DNA of 58,187 bases from Calditrichia bacterium. Lineage in GTDB: Bacteria; Calditrichota; Calditrichia; JAJRVZ01. The position numbers and the translations under genes were made by a program. Every line of letters starts with the position of its first letter. Position 1 is the first letter of the stretch. The stretch spans positions 1 through 58,187 of the forward strand of contig JAGLYF010000239.1 in NCBI GenBank assembly GCA_023132435.1, read 5' to 3'. Positions 10,627 through 20,606 of the stretch are shown here, piece after piece. The notes under the pieces are model-generated. The model did not search any database, was not told the DNA's origin, and was given only the letters and a program-made list of their open reading frames with translations.

Positions 10627-13251
10627 ATGAAGGTAAAAAATCGTTTCATATTCCTCGCAATTTTTCTTTCATTCATCATTTCTCAACAGATTTTTTCTCA
10701 AGTACAAACGTCCGATGATGATAATTTTCAGCAGGCGTTGCAGGAATACATAAACAAAAATCTGTTGAGGTTTGGTAAGAATGAAATTGCACGCGAGAGA
10801 TTCTTGATACAACAGATGAGGGATATTAATGCGGAAATTAAATCCCGCGTAACAAATGTATCTGCTGTGCGTGATCAATATTTTGCAGGTCTTTTAACTC
10901 GTTTGGAAGAACTGGATGCCTTCCGCAATCGTCTGAGTGATTATAATTCAGCCACCTTAAATTCATTTATTGATCAGTTGGAGAATCGCATAAGGGCTAC
11001 CGTCGATGAGGGAGAGATTAATTACAGACGGCAAAAGATTTTCGAAGACGGAATACAGGTGCTCTATATTGCAGAAGAAATGCTGAAACTTGATCGGGGA
11101 GCCAGACTTGATGGCAATCCGCAATTAACCCAACAATTACAATCATCCAATCAGAAATTATTAGATTCTTTTGGTGACGCGCGCGGTTCAGAATCCGTCG
11201 TCTCTTATTCACCAAGCTCAGGGAATGCAACTATCTGGGATCTTTTCGTTGAATGGAAAAGAACAAACACACTCCAATTCGAGGCCCGCTGGACAGATAT
11301 TCAAGTTATTAAGAACAAACTGCTGAAAAATGGCACATCAATGGAAAAGGACCGGATGTTTAAACGAGAATTAAGTTCGGCACTTCTTGCTTATAATTTT
11401 CGAAACTATGATTTATCTAACCGACTATTTGAAGAAATTTTAACCAGGTACACATTTATTAATACTCTGGATGACATCTATTTTTATAAAGGTGAGGCCA
11501 ATTTTCAGATTGACCGTTTTGATGCGGCAAGTCAAGCCTATTTAAATTTGATAAACCAATATCCAACATCCCCTTATACTTTTAAAGCCTATGCAAGACT
11601 GGTAGCTATTGCTCATCACTTTGGAGATTTGCAGAAAGTCGATCAGTACTATTATGAGTTTGAAAAAGTTGTGGTAGCTTCAGATCCTCTGGTTGATGAG
11701 ATTCGATTTATCGCTGCAATTTCAGCTGTATCACGCGGTTCATATGAAGAATCTATAAATATTCTTAACAATGTTTTACCTGCTTCTGAATTTTACATTG
11801 ATGCACGTTACGTTTTGGCCCAGGCCTATGTGGGGGCCAGCAAGTTCGATGAGGCAGAAAATGTTTTGTTAGGGATTGTGAATAACTATAATACACCAAC
11901 TGATTACCACTTCAATGTTTATCTAAAACTTGCATATATCTCTTATGAGAAGGGAACTTATCAGCAGGCAATCGGATATCTGGATAATATTGGTGGTAAT
12001 TTTTCGCTATATGACCGAGTTCTCATGGCCTATGGATGGAATCATTACAAAGAAGAATTACTCAAAGAGGAGAAAAACAGGAATTTTGATATAATAAAAA
12101 AATATCTCTATATATTGACACAGGAATTTCCAAACTCCGATTATTATCTGGAAGCCAAAAGTCTCTTAGCCTATATTTATCAACTGGAAAAAAATACGCA
12201 TAGCGCGATCCAACAATATGAATATGTCTATCAGACAAGCCATACACAGAATATCTCCAATGTAAATATTCAAACACGCGACCGAATAAAAAATCAACTT
12301 TATGATATAGAGACCGAAAAGAATAGAGCAATTCAAACCAACCAGAAGATGGAGTATCTACAGGCAAATGATAGATATCTTAGTTTACAAGATAGTCTGA
12401 TGATCCTCAGCTATGCAGAATTAAGTCCGAACAGTATTGCTCTCCAGAGAGAAATCCAGCGCATTCAAACTCAAATCGAACAGTTAGATCATCTACGCAC
12501 ACTGGCCGTTGAAAGAAACAGTCCTGACATGATTGACCGGATCGATGACTTGAGAGAAAATCTCACAAGTGAATTGGAGGATGCGCGAGCATTGGAATCA
12601 TATTCTATATTGGGTATCAACTATTATGATGAACATCCCCACGCACGCAAAGAGAGCTTGACGGAGGATCAGAATAAGAAAATTAAGGAAATGCGTGCGG
12701 AAACTGAAAAGCAACAACAGGAGCTGGGAAACAAAATTAAAGATATTGATGCCAAGAAGGAAAGGGCAAGAAGATCGAAGAATTATAAGGAACTGGTATT
12801 ATTGGATATCCAACGTGATCGGTATAGTGAACTTTTAAGAAAATATGATTTTATGCATACAGTTGCTTATGATATGGAAGTGGCAGAATCTGAGATTCAA
12901 CTTCAAAAGTGGAGCAATTATGGCGCCTTCGGAATCGCCAATGTTAATTTTTCTGTGCGTCAGGATAATAAAGATAAAATTGGCTATTATAGTCAACAGA
13001 TTGATACGATAAACCGTATTCTCAATAATCGTAAAACTCTACTTGATTACAAAATTGCTCTGATCGATGGTGAAATAAATTTTATGACACGGAAAGTGCG
13101 TAGGCAAGAACGTTTAAGAGAAAGGGCAGAACTGGATCGTAAATTCGAAGAATCATACTTTGATACACATACCAGTGAACTTCAGGAAACAGGAACATCA
13201 CCTCCTGACTTTAATCAGGAAGAAGAAACACCCATCGAAGAGGACGAATAG
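10627..13251 (+). CDS. Secreted tetratricopeptide-repeat/coiled-coil protein (possibly GltC-like)
   Basis: Signal peptide, multiple TPR units (YPTSPY, FPNSDY), C-terminal coiled coils; heads the ExbBD cluster. Confidence 0.75.
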   Translation: MKVKNRFIFLAIFLSFIISQQIFSQVQTSDDDNFQQALQEYINKNLLRFGKNEIARERFLIQQMRDINAEIKSRVTNVSAVRDQYFAGLLTRLEELDAFRNRLSDYNSATLNSFIDQLENRIRATVDEGEINYRRQKIFEDGIQVLYIAEEMLKLDRGARLDGNPQLTQQLQSSNQKLLDSFGDARGSESVVSYSPSSGNATIWDLFVEWKRTNTLQFEARWTDIQVIKNKLLKNGTSMEKDRMFKRELSSALLAYNFRNYDLSNRLFEEILTRYTFINTLDDIYFYKGEANFQIDRFDAASQAYLNLINQYPTSPYTFKAYARLVAIAHHFGDLQKVDQYYYEFEKVVVASDPLVDEIRFIAAISAVSRGSYEESINILNNVLPASEFYIDARYVLAQAYVGASKFDEAENVLLGIVNNYNTPTDYHFNVYLKLAYISYEKGTYQQAIGYLDNIGGNFSLYDRVLMAYGWNHYKEELLKEEKNRNFDIIKKYLYILTQEFPNSDYYLEAKSLLAYIYQLEKNTHSAIQQYEYVYQTSHTQNISNVNIQTRDRIKNQLYDIETEKNRAIQTNQKMEYLQANDRYLSLQDSLMILSYAELSPNSIALQREIQRIQTQIEQLDHLRTLAVERNSPDMIDRIDDLRENLTSELEDARALESYSILGINYYDEHPHARKESLTEDQNKKIKEMRAETEKQQQELGNKIKDIDAKKERARRSKNYKELVLLDIQRDRYSELLRKYDFMHTVAYDMEVAESEIQLQKWSNYGAFGIANVNFSVRQDNKDKIGYYSQQIDTINRILNNRKTLLDYKIALIDGEINFMTRKVRRQERLRERAELDRKFEESYFDTHTSELQETGTSPPDFNQEEETPIEEDE

Positions 13252-13302
13252 GTCATTTAATACTATTTATTTTGCTTGTATAAAGTAAAATTGGAATTGA
13301 AT

Positions 13303-16300
13303 ATGTTTAAAAAAGACTTAAACTCATATATACTTTTTATTCTGGTATTTTCGGTTTTTTTATTTACCTTTGTCGTTTTCCCGGGATTAATGTATGCCCA
13401 GGACAGAGAAGAACGTCAACTGAAGGTATTAGGAGATACTTTGTTTCAATCGATGAGTATTGAAGAACTCAAGAATATTCAATCTGAGTACGAAAAACGG
13501 ATTGATAGAATTACGAAGGAAGAAGGCAAAATCCGTGACCGGGGATTAGAGGTAACAGAGGAATTCCTGAAACGTGAAGGTGGTAATATCAAGGATCAGG
13601 ATAAAATATTAATCAGACTGGCTGAATATTACTATGATCAGGCAGAGGAACAATATTTTGCTGAGAATGAAGATTTCGATCTCGTATATGCAAAATATGT
13701 GGAGCAACTGGATCAATATTATGAGGGGCAATTAGAAACTGAACCGACAGAACCGCCGCAGCCGAAATATGATTATTCAAAAGTGATTGAGGTATATGAT
13801 AAGATTTTGAAAGAGTATCCCAATAGTGATTTTGCTGATGACGCTTTATATACAAAATCTTATTTATTACAACAAATGGATCAGGGTGTAGAATCACGCA
13901 GGATATATCAGGAAGTGATTGATCGATATCCTGAAAGTCATTTTGCTGCTGATTCATATATGAGGCTTGCGGAATATTACTTTGATCCCAGAGAGGATAA
14001 GGATACTGAGCAAACAATCGTTGAATTACACCGGGCGATCAGATTATACAAAAAGGTCCTTCAATATCGTGATTCAAAAAGGTATGATGAAGCTTTATAC
14101 AAACTGGGTTGGAGTTATTATCGTTTGTCCGCTACGGATCCCGGTTACTACTCCGATGCGATTATTTATTTCCTGGCAGTGGTAGATGATATTACCCGTG
14201 CTGAAAAGCTTGATCCAAAAAATAAGGCCTCCAATCCGAATGTAAAAGATGAAGCCATACAATATATTGGTATAAGTTTCTCAGATGACGAAACCTATGC
14301 CTATGCCGGAGTCAATAATGCACGTCGATTTATAGAAGATATTGGCGGACGTGAGTATGGGGTGGAAATAATGAGATCTCTGGGGCAGACATACCAGACT
14401 ACAGAGCGGAACAATGAAGCAATTGATGCTTATACAGCACTTCTGGATATGTATCCTCTGTATAAAGAAGCTCCTCTGATTAAACAAAATGTATCGGAAA
14501 CGTATTATAATCTTGGTGATGATTCTGCAGCATACCGTACACGGGATGAACTGTTCAGATATTATAATCCTAAATCGGAATGGTATGCTAATCTGGAAGC
14601 TTCGGATTCTCCCGACAGGTTAACTTATTTACAGGAAGGGCATAAACTGACAGAAAGAGCCCTGCAAACAAATATAACCCTTGATTTCCTTAAGGCTCAG
14701 GAACTTGATGAAACAAATCAATCTTCCCTAACTATGTATAAGAGGGTTACTAAACAATGTGAGGATTATCTGGAAGTATTTCCGACAGATACTAATGCTT
14801 ATAGCGTGAATTGGAATTATGCCCAAATATTAGATTTAAAATTGAACCGTTTTGAAGAAGCTTATGAACAATATATCCATGTAAGTAACGATTATTTGGA
14901 AACCGATTATCAGCAAGATGCTGCTAACAACGCGATATTTGTTGCGGATACGCTGGCCAAAATTATGTTTCAAGGTGAGACCGATACAGCTCTGGCGGGA
15001 GTAGAAATTTCATCTGTCGCTGATGAAGAAGCCCTGAGACCGGAAATCCTGACCAATGAAGAAAAAAGGTTGATTGAGGCATATGATAATTACATCCGTC
15101 TTTTTCCGGATGATGAAAGTACACCAAAGTATCTGGCAAATGCTGGCGCCATTTACTTTAATCATAAACAATTCGCTGAGGCTCGCGTTTACTTTAAGAC
15201 TCTGGTTAATAGATTCCCGGGAGCAAAAGAAAAGACTCTGGCCTATCGTTCTATCATGGATTCCTATTTTTATCTGGGGCAATTCGAGGATAGTGAATTT
15301 ATCGCGAAACGAATTTTACAATCTGAAAATCTTCCCGATGAGGAAAGAATATTTGCCCAAAAACGATTGGCCGCTTCCATATTCAACCATGCAAAATTAT
15401 TTGAGGATCAGGGTCAGTTTATGGATGCTGCTAATGAGTTCAGGCGTGTATTTATAGAATCTCCGGAAGATACGGTTTACGCTGAAGCAGGTTTGTTTAA
15501 TAGTGGACGAAATTACGACAAAATAAAGGAATGGGAAGAGGCACTTGCTACTTATATACTTCTCGCCGATCAATTTCCTGCATCAAAATATGCCATCTCT
15601 TCATTGAAAAATGCAGCAGAAGATAACAAAGAACTGAAAAGGTTCTCCGATGCAGCTGGAATTTACGAGCGTATATACAGTCGCCAGATCAGTATTCCTG
15701 AAGAGGCGGAAGTCGCTTTATATAATGCCGCATATTATTATAAAGAAGGTGAAGACTGGCAAAATGCAATCAGGCTCAACAACAAGTATATAGCTACTTA
15801 TCCGGATAACCCGCTTTCCACAGATTTTTATTTTGCAACGGCCGGTTTTTATTTAAAACTTGACAACCTGACCGATGCTAACAGAATCTATGCAGAATTC
15901 GCTACAAAATATCCTGATGATCCTCGTGGTGTCCAGGCATTTTACGAACGAGGTGCATACTATCAGGATGGTGGTCAGTTGAATTTAGCTAAAGTGGAAT
16001 ATCAAAAGGCTATTGATAAGAGTGAATCCCTTAACAGAAAAGGATTAGATCCCAACAGATATTATACCGGTGAATCGCTCAATAAGATGGTGGATATGCT
16101 ATACTCCGAATATAATTATATCGAGATCAAGCAGCCGGCCAGCAATATTGAAAGACAACAGGCAAGGATGCGGAACCTGATTAAAGAAATTTCGGCCAAC
16201 GATTTGAAAATAATTGCTAATGGATCTATAAGAAGTTTTGAAGCTGCCTATAGAAATGCTGAAGTATACGAAATTTTTGCCGACAAGTATGTAAGTCAAG

Positions 16301-18138
16301 AAAGAACTCCAAATCTGAATGCCGATCAAAGGTTTATCGAAGATAAGCAGATAAGGGATGCTTCAGCTGGATTGTATGACAAAGCGGTCGATGAATATAT
16401 AAAGGCGATGGAAAATATACCGATAATTGCTGAAAAACTGGATGTGGACTTATTTGCTATAGATACGATGGTCACAGAAGTAGATATTTCTGATACTACT
16501 TTTGATGATACAACCGGAATGGTTGCTCGTGCCGAAGTCGTTGATTCGACAAAGGAAATTGGTTTGAAGTGGTATAATAAAGCGACAAATAAGATATCTT
16601 TTCTCTATTATAAAGAGGCAGATATTACCAAGATGAATATTTCGGAAGCTCTTAAAACGCAGAATCCACAGACCGATCCTTATTTATCGATCTTATTTCA
16701 GGCACAACTAATCACAAAATTAATTAATCCGGCAGTAGAACAGACTATCGGAGCACACCAGAAAAATATTGACGAAGCAAAAATATTAGGTTTAAGTAAT
16801 AAATATGTTGAAGAATCAAAACGACAAATTTTGCTTACATCAAATGTATCTCCTCAGGAGGTTGAAAAGCTGGCATTCCTCGCTCTAAGAGACTATTCAC
16901 AGCAGATGAGGGAATACAGGCGTCTGGTGGAATTAGAATATGGAACGCTTAATAGGCAGGGTAAAGATTACATGGCGATTAAGGATGATGTCCAGCAATT
17001 GATAGATATTTCCAAAAACTTGGCAATAGGCGCGATAGATAACTTCAAAAATACTCTCGATTGGGCAAGAGATCATAGAATTGAAAATGACCTTGTTCGT
17101 ACAACTGAAATTCGCATGCTTCGCATTGCGGTTGAACTGACTGATCTCTATGATGCTTACTATGATAGTGCAGTGGTAAAACGGGATTATTACCAGGTAC
17201 GATTTGATTCAACAGAAAATTATAATTATGATGATGGTTTTCTCTTTTATCAGGATCAGACATTTAGTTTTAAGGAGTACGGACAGGAAATACTTGACCA
17301 TGCTTTTCAGTTAAAGGAAGAGTATGAAATTTCAAATTTATGGGGTAATAAGGTAGTAGCTAAATTGATCGCTATCGATCCTGCAACATACGCAGGTGCA
17401 GTAGAAAGAGAAAAAGTAGTAATTGAAAGTGATGAATCCTGGCTGGTATCTAAAACATACACTCCAGGATATAACGAAGAAGATTTTGATGACTCAGAAT
17501 GGAAGAATGCCGGAATAGTTACTTCTGCCTATAACCAGTTTATTGATCTTGGAGTTGATCCGAAACCAATGTGGTACCCTAAAAAGCAGGTTGTTGTTGA
17601 TACTTCTCAGATTTCTCCATTTGACACAACATTTGGAATGATCGATTCTCTGGCTGTCTCTGATACAACGATACAGGAAATGGCTCCTCTGACGGAGACT
17701 GATGTTTCAACATTTGATGAAACAGTTACAGATTCACTGATGGGTGATACAGTTCAGGTATATTTCAGAAAGAAGATTACTCTCCATGGTACTCCTGTCG
17801 ATGGGTATTTTTATATTACTGCGGACAATGATTTTAACTTTTTCTTAAATGAAGAATATATCACCGATGATGAAGATGATAATTTTGCAATTATTGATAC
17901 AGTTGATTTCGGATATATGTCTTACTCAGTAAAACAAGGTACAAACATCCTCTCTATTCGTGCAATCGATACGGACAATTCACAACGGGGTGTTAAACTT
18001 TATGGATATTTTGAACTGATTCCTCTGGATATTATCGCTGCGGTTGAACAAAGTAGTCAGGTAGCAACCCTGGATGTTGATCCGGTAATTTTAAGGCGGA
18101 TCAATACGCTTAATAAAAACCGTATAACGGTGAGGTAA
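13303..18138 (+). CDS. Very large secreted TPR protein (GltD/AgmU-like) with C-terminal beta-sandwich domain
   Basis: Signal peptide, >15 TPR/BamD-like repeats (YPNSDFADDALY, ALYKLGWSYY), C-terminal YFRKKI...ITADN jelly-roll-like motif; alternative TTG start at 13276. Confidence 0.8.
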   Translation: MFKKDLNSYILFILVFSVFLFTFVVFPGLMYAQDREERQLKVLGDTLFQSMSIEELKNIQSEYEKRIDRITKEEGKIRDRGLEVTEEFLKREGGNIKDQDKILIRLAEYYYDQAEEQYFAENEDFDLVYAKYVEQLDQYYEGQLETEPTEPPQPKYDYSKVIEVYDKILKEYPNSDFADDALYTKSYLLQQMDQGVESRRIYQEVIDRYPESHFAADSYMRLAEYYFDPREDKDTEQTIVELHRAIRLYKKVLQYRDSKRYDEALYKLGWSYYRLSATDPGYYSDAIIYFLAVVDDITRAEKLDPKNKASNPNVKDEAIQYIGISFSDDETYAYAGVNNARRFIEDIGGREYGVEIMRSLGQTYQTTERNNEAIDAYTALLDMYPLYKEAPLIKQNVSETYYNLGDDSAAYRTRDELFRYYNPKSEWYANLEASDSPDRLTYLQEGHKLTERALQTNITLDFLKAQELDETNQSSLTMYKRVTKQCEDYLEVFPTDTNAYSVNWNYAQILDLKLNRFEEAYEQYIHVSNDYLETDYQQDAANNAIFVADTLAKIMFQGETDTALAGVEISSVADEEALRPEILTNEEKRLIEAYDNYIRLFPDDESTPKYLANAGAIYFNHKQFAEARVYFKTLVNRFPGAKEKTLAYRSIMDSYFYLGQFEDSEFIAKRILQSENLPDEERIFAQKRLAASIFNHAKLFEDQGQFMDAANEFRRVFIESPEDTVYAEAGLFNSGRNYDKIKEWEEALATYILLADQFPASKYAISSLKNAAEDNKELKRFSDAAGIYERIYSRQISIPEEAEVALYNAAYYYKEGEDWQNAIRLNNKYIATYPDNPLSTDFYFATAGFYLKLDNLTDANRIYAEFATKYPDDPRGVQAFYERGAYYQDGGQLNLAKVEYQKAIDKSESLNRKGLDPNRYYTGESLNKMVDMLYSEYNYIEIKQPASNIERQQARMRNLIKEISANDLKIIANGSIRSFEAAYRNAEVYEIFADKYVSQERTPNLNADQRFIEDKQIRDASAGLYDKAVDEYIKAMENIPIIAEKLDVDLFAIDTMVTEVDISDTTFDDTTGMVARAEVVDSTKEIGLKWYNKATNKISFLYYKEADITKMNISEALKTQNPQTDPYLSILFQAQLITKLINPAVEQTIGAHQKNIDEAKILGLSNKYVEESKRQILLTSNVSPQEVEKLAFLALRDYSQQMREYRRLVELEYGTLNRQGKDYMAIKDDVQQLIDISKNLAIGAIDNFKNTLDWARDHRIENDLVRTTEIRMLRIAVELTDLYDAYYDSAVVKRDYYQVRFDSTENYNYDDGFLFYQDQTFSFKEYGQEILDHAFQLKEEYEISNLWGNKVVAKLIAIDPATYAGAVEREKVVIESDESWLVSKTYTPGYNEEDFDDSEWKNAGIVTSAYNQFIDLGVDPKPMWYPKKQVVVDTSQISPFDTTFGMIDSLAVSDTTIQEMAPLTETDVSTFDETVTDSLMGDTVQVYFRKKITLHGTPVDGYFYITADNDFNFFLNEEYITDDEDDNFAIIDTVDFGYMSYSVKQGTNILSIRAIDTDNSQRGVKLYGYFELIPLDIIAAVEQSSQVATLDVDPVILRRINTLNKNRITVR

Positions 18139-18145
18139 GGAAATA

Positions 18146-18790
18146 ATGAATTCGATCATTAAATTGTTTATCTTTCTGCTCCTGGTCGTACCAGTTATAG
18201 TGGCTCATGCACAGCCCACTCAAACTGATGACCAGATATATGAATTTTTTACTGTTGAAGAGAAACCGGTTGTCTCAAGAGATGCGCAGCCCATTTATCC
18301 ACAAAGTGCAATAAATGCAGGCATAGAAGGTACCGTTGTTGTGACGATCGTTGTGGACGAAAATGGCAATGTGACTAATGCTGAAATTTTTAGTTCGGTT
18401 CCGCAACTTGATAACGCTGCTCTACGGGCTGCGAGAAGTAAAGTATTTTCACCGGGATTGATTAATGGTTCACCTGTAAAAACGAGAATAAATATTCCGA
18501 TTAATTTTAATCTTCCGGATGTTTCAACAGGTCCTGACGTTTCAACCGGAGATACGGGAGATTTCGTAGATCTGACCTTGGAAGCTGTAAGGATAACGAT
18601 TGAACCTGAAAGACCACGGGTAAATATTATTGCAGACAGAATTAAACCGGAATTTGACATGATGAATCTTGAAAGATCATATCTACCGGAGCTCACAGGC
18701 AAGGGTGAGAAAATTGTTGTTGTTGATCCGAAAGCACGGATAAGAGATGATCTGATTGAAATTAAAAAGATTATAAACAGAAGTAGATGA
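18146..18790 (+). CDS. TonB C-terminal domain protein with GltF/CglF-like C-terminal segment
   Basis: Signal peptide; PIYPQSAINAGIEGTVVV TonB_C motif; C-terminal I.IEPERPRV...RIKPEF...LERSYLPEL. Confidence 0.8.
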   Translation: MNSIIKLFIFLLLVVPVIVAHAQPTQTDDQIYEFFTVEEKPVVSRDAQPIYPQSAINAGIEGTVVVTIVVDENGNVTNAEIFSSVPQLDNAALRAARSKVFSPGLINGSPVKTRINIPINFNLPDVSTGPDVSTGDTGDFVDLTLEAVRITIEPERPRVNIIADRIKPEFDMMNLERSYLPELTGKGEKIVVVDPKARIRDDLIEIKKIINRSR

Positions 18791-18811
18791 AACATCAATT
18801 AGGAGGAAATT

Positions 18812-19474
18812 ATGGAAGCCTTTTTAGCTGGATTTGGTAGATCATTCTCACCGGGCGATCCCGCGTTCATATTCATGTATGTCATTAGCCTTTTTGCCGC
18901 AGCAGCATTGGCTATCGCGATCGAAAGATTTTACTATATCATGATTCGGTCTAATATAAATGCCGATAAATTTATGGCTGAGATCCGGAAACTGGTTGCT
19001 GGCGGAAATATGGATCGTGCAATCGCATTATGTGACAGGGGAAAACAAAAGGCATTGCCGTTCGTGGTATTAAGAGGTCTGAAACGAGCCATTGAAAGCG
19101 AAGCTCTCGACTTTAGAGCTATTCAAAATGCTGTAGACGAAGGAACTCTTGAAGTTATTCCAAAACTTCAGGAGCGTACGAATTATCTCTCGATGTTCGC
19201 GAATGTTGCAACCCTCACCGGACTGATGGGTACAATTTTCGGTCTGATCATCGCATTTGATGCGGTTGGTGGGGAAGGTATACCTGAAGCTGATAAAACA
19301 CGATACCTTGCTGCAGGCATTTCTGCTGCTATGAATACGACTATCTATGGACTGATGGTTGCTATTCCCAGTCTGATTGCTTATACATTTTTGACCAATC
19401 GGACAACCAAAATTATTGATGAGATGGACGAACATCTGGTTAAATTAATTAACCTAATAACCGGAAATCGTTAA
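18812..19474 (+). CDS. MotA/TolQ/ExbB proton channel (AglR-like)
   Basis: Three TMs, ATLTGLMGTIFGLI, GISAAMNTT.YGL.VAIP. Confidence 0.93.
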   Translation: MEAFLAGFGRSFSPGDPAFIFMYVISLFAAAALAIAIERFYYIMIRSNINADKFMAEIRKLVAGGNMDRAIALCDRGKQKALPFVVLRGLKRAIESEALDFRAIQNAVDEGTLEVIPKLQERTNYLSMFANVATLTGLMGTIFGLIIAFDAVGGEGIPEADKTRYLAAGISAAMNTTIYGLMVAIPSLIAYTFLTNRTTKIIDEMDEHLVKLINLITGNR

Positions 19475-19496
19475 TAAATTAAATTGAGGATCAATC

Positions 19497-20048
19497 ATGG
19501 CATATAAACCCTCAATGAGGCGCAGTCGTGTAACCGCTGATCTTGAATTAAATATCACGCCTGTTATGAATCTGATGGTTGTGCTAATTCCTCTCCTGCT
19601 TCTCGGCGTAGAGATGGTAAAACTTTCGATTGTGGAAATTGATCTGCCACCTGCTTCAGCTGGTGCAGGTGATGCAGCGAATGAGAAAAATCCGGAGAAA
19701 GAAAAAGAGAAAAAACTCGGATTGAAAATTGCGATTACATCCGATGGAATTAGCTTAGCGACCGCCTCGGCAGTAATGTCGGGTGAGCAGGGAGAAGGTC
19801 CCACCATACCGATTCAGGCTGACGGCGAGCAGAATCTTGATTTGTTAAAGGACAAACTTGTTGAGATTAAGAAGGCGATTGCAGACAAGGGATTTAAAGA
19901 CAAGAATACGGCGATTATCACTGCTGGAAAAAATATTGAATATCAGGTTATAATAAATATCCTTGATACAATTCAGAGTTACGAAGACGACAAAGGTGAT
20001 ATTCAGCCCTTATTCCCACAAGTAAATTTCGGACAGGTTGTTATTTAA
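19497..20048 (+). CDS. ExbD/TolR family protein (AglQ-like)
   Basis: ELNITPVMNLMVVLIP.LL single TM plus periplasmic domain. Confidence 0.88.
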   Translation: MAYKPSMRRSRVTADLELNITPVMNLMVVLIPLLLLGVEMVKLSIVEIDLPPASAGAGDAANEKNPEKEKEKKLGLKIAITSDGISLATASAVMSGEQGEGPTIPIQADGEQNLDLLKDKLVEIKKAIADKGFKDKNTAIITAGKNIEYQVIINILDTIQSYEDDKGDIQPLFPQVNFGQVVI

Positions 20049-20062
20049 GGAGAGGTCTTAAA

Positions 20063-20557
20063 ATGGCTTTTACACCCTCAAAGTCAAAAAAACATAATAC
20101 ACAACTACAAGGTACCCTGAATATGAATTCTATGATGGATATGATGACCATTATCCTTCTGTTTCTTCTGAAATCATATTCAACAACGGGTGCCCTGGCT
20201 ACCCAGAGTGAAAGTCTTAAATTGCCGGAATCAGTACGGACAATAAAACCTAAGAAAGAATTAAATGTTTCCATAGCCAGGGATGTAATTCTGGTAAATG
20301 AGCAACCGGTTATGCGGACGGCGGATGTCCCACCAAATGAGATTATTATACCTCAATTGGAATCAAAATTGCGGGAATATGCACGAATGCAAAAAGATCT
20401 GGAAATCGAAGTTGGCAAGGAATTCACTCATGAAGTTATAATTCAGGGAGACGTATCCATCACATATGAACTGTTATTCAGGGTGATGTATACCTGCGGT
20501 CAATCGGAATTTAATAAAATGCGCTTGTTGACTGTCACCCGCACGTCAATTGAATAA
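20063..20557 (+). CDS. ExbD/TolR family protein (AglS-like)
   Basis: LNMNSMMDMMTIILLFLLKSYS, IIQGD...Y.LL..VMYTC. Confidence 0.88.
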   Translation: MAFTPSKSKKHNTQLQGTLNMNSMMDMMTIILLFLLKSYSTTGALATQSESLKLPESVRTIKPKKELNVSIARDVILVNEQPVMRTADVPPNEIIIPQLESKLREYARMQKDLEIEVGKEFTHEVIIQGDVSITYELLFRVMYTCGQSEFNKMRLLTVTRTSIE

Positions 20558-20606
20558 AACATATGTATTATTTATGAGTATTAATCGAAAAGAATGAAGG
20601 ATTAAT

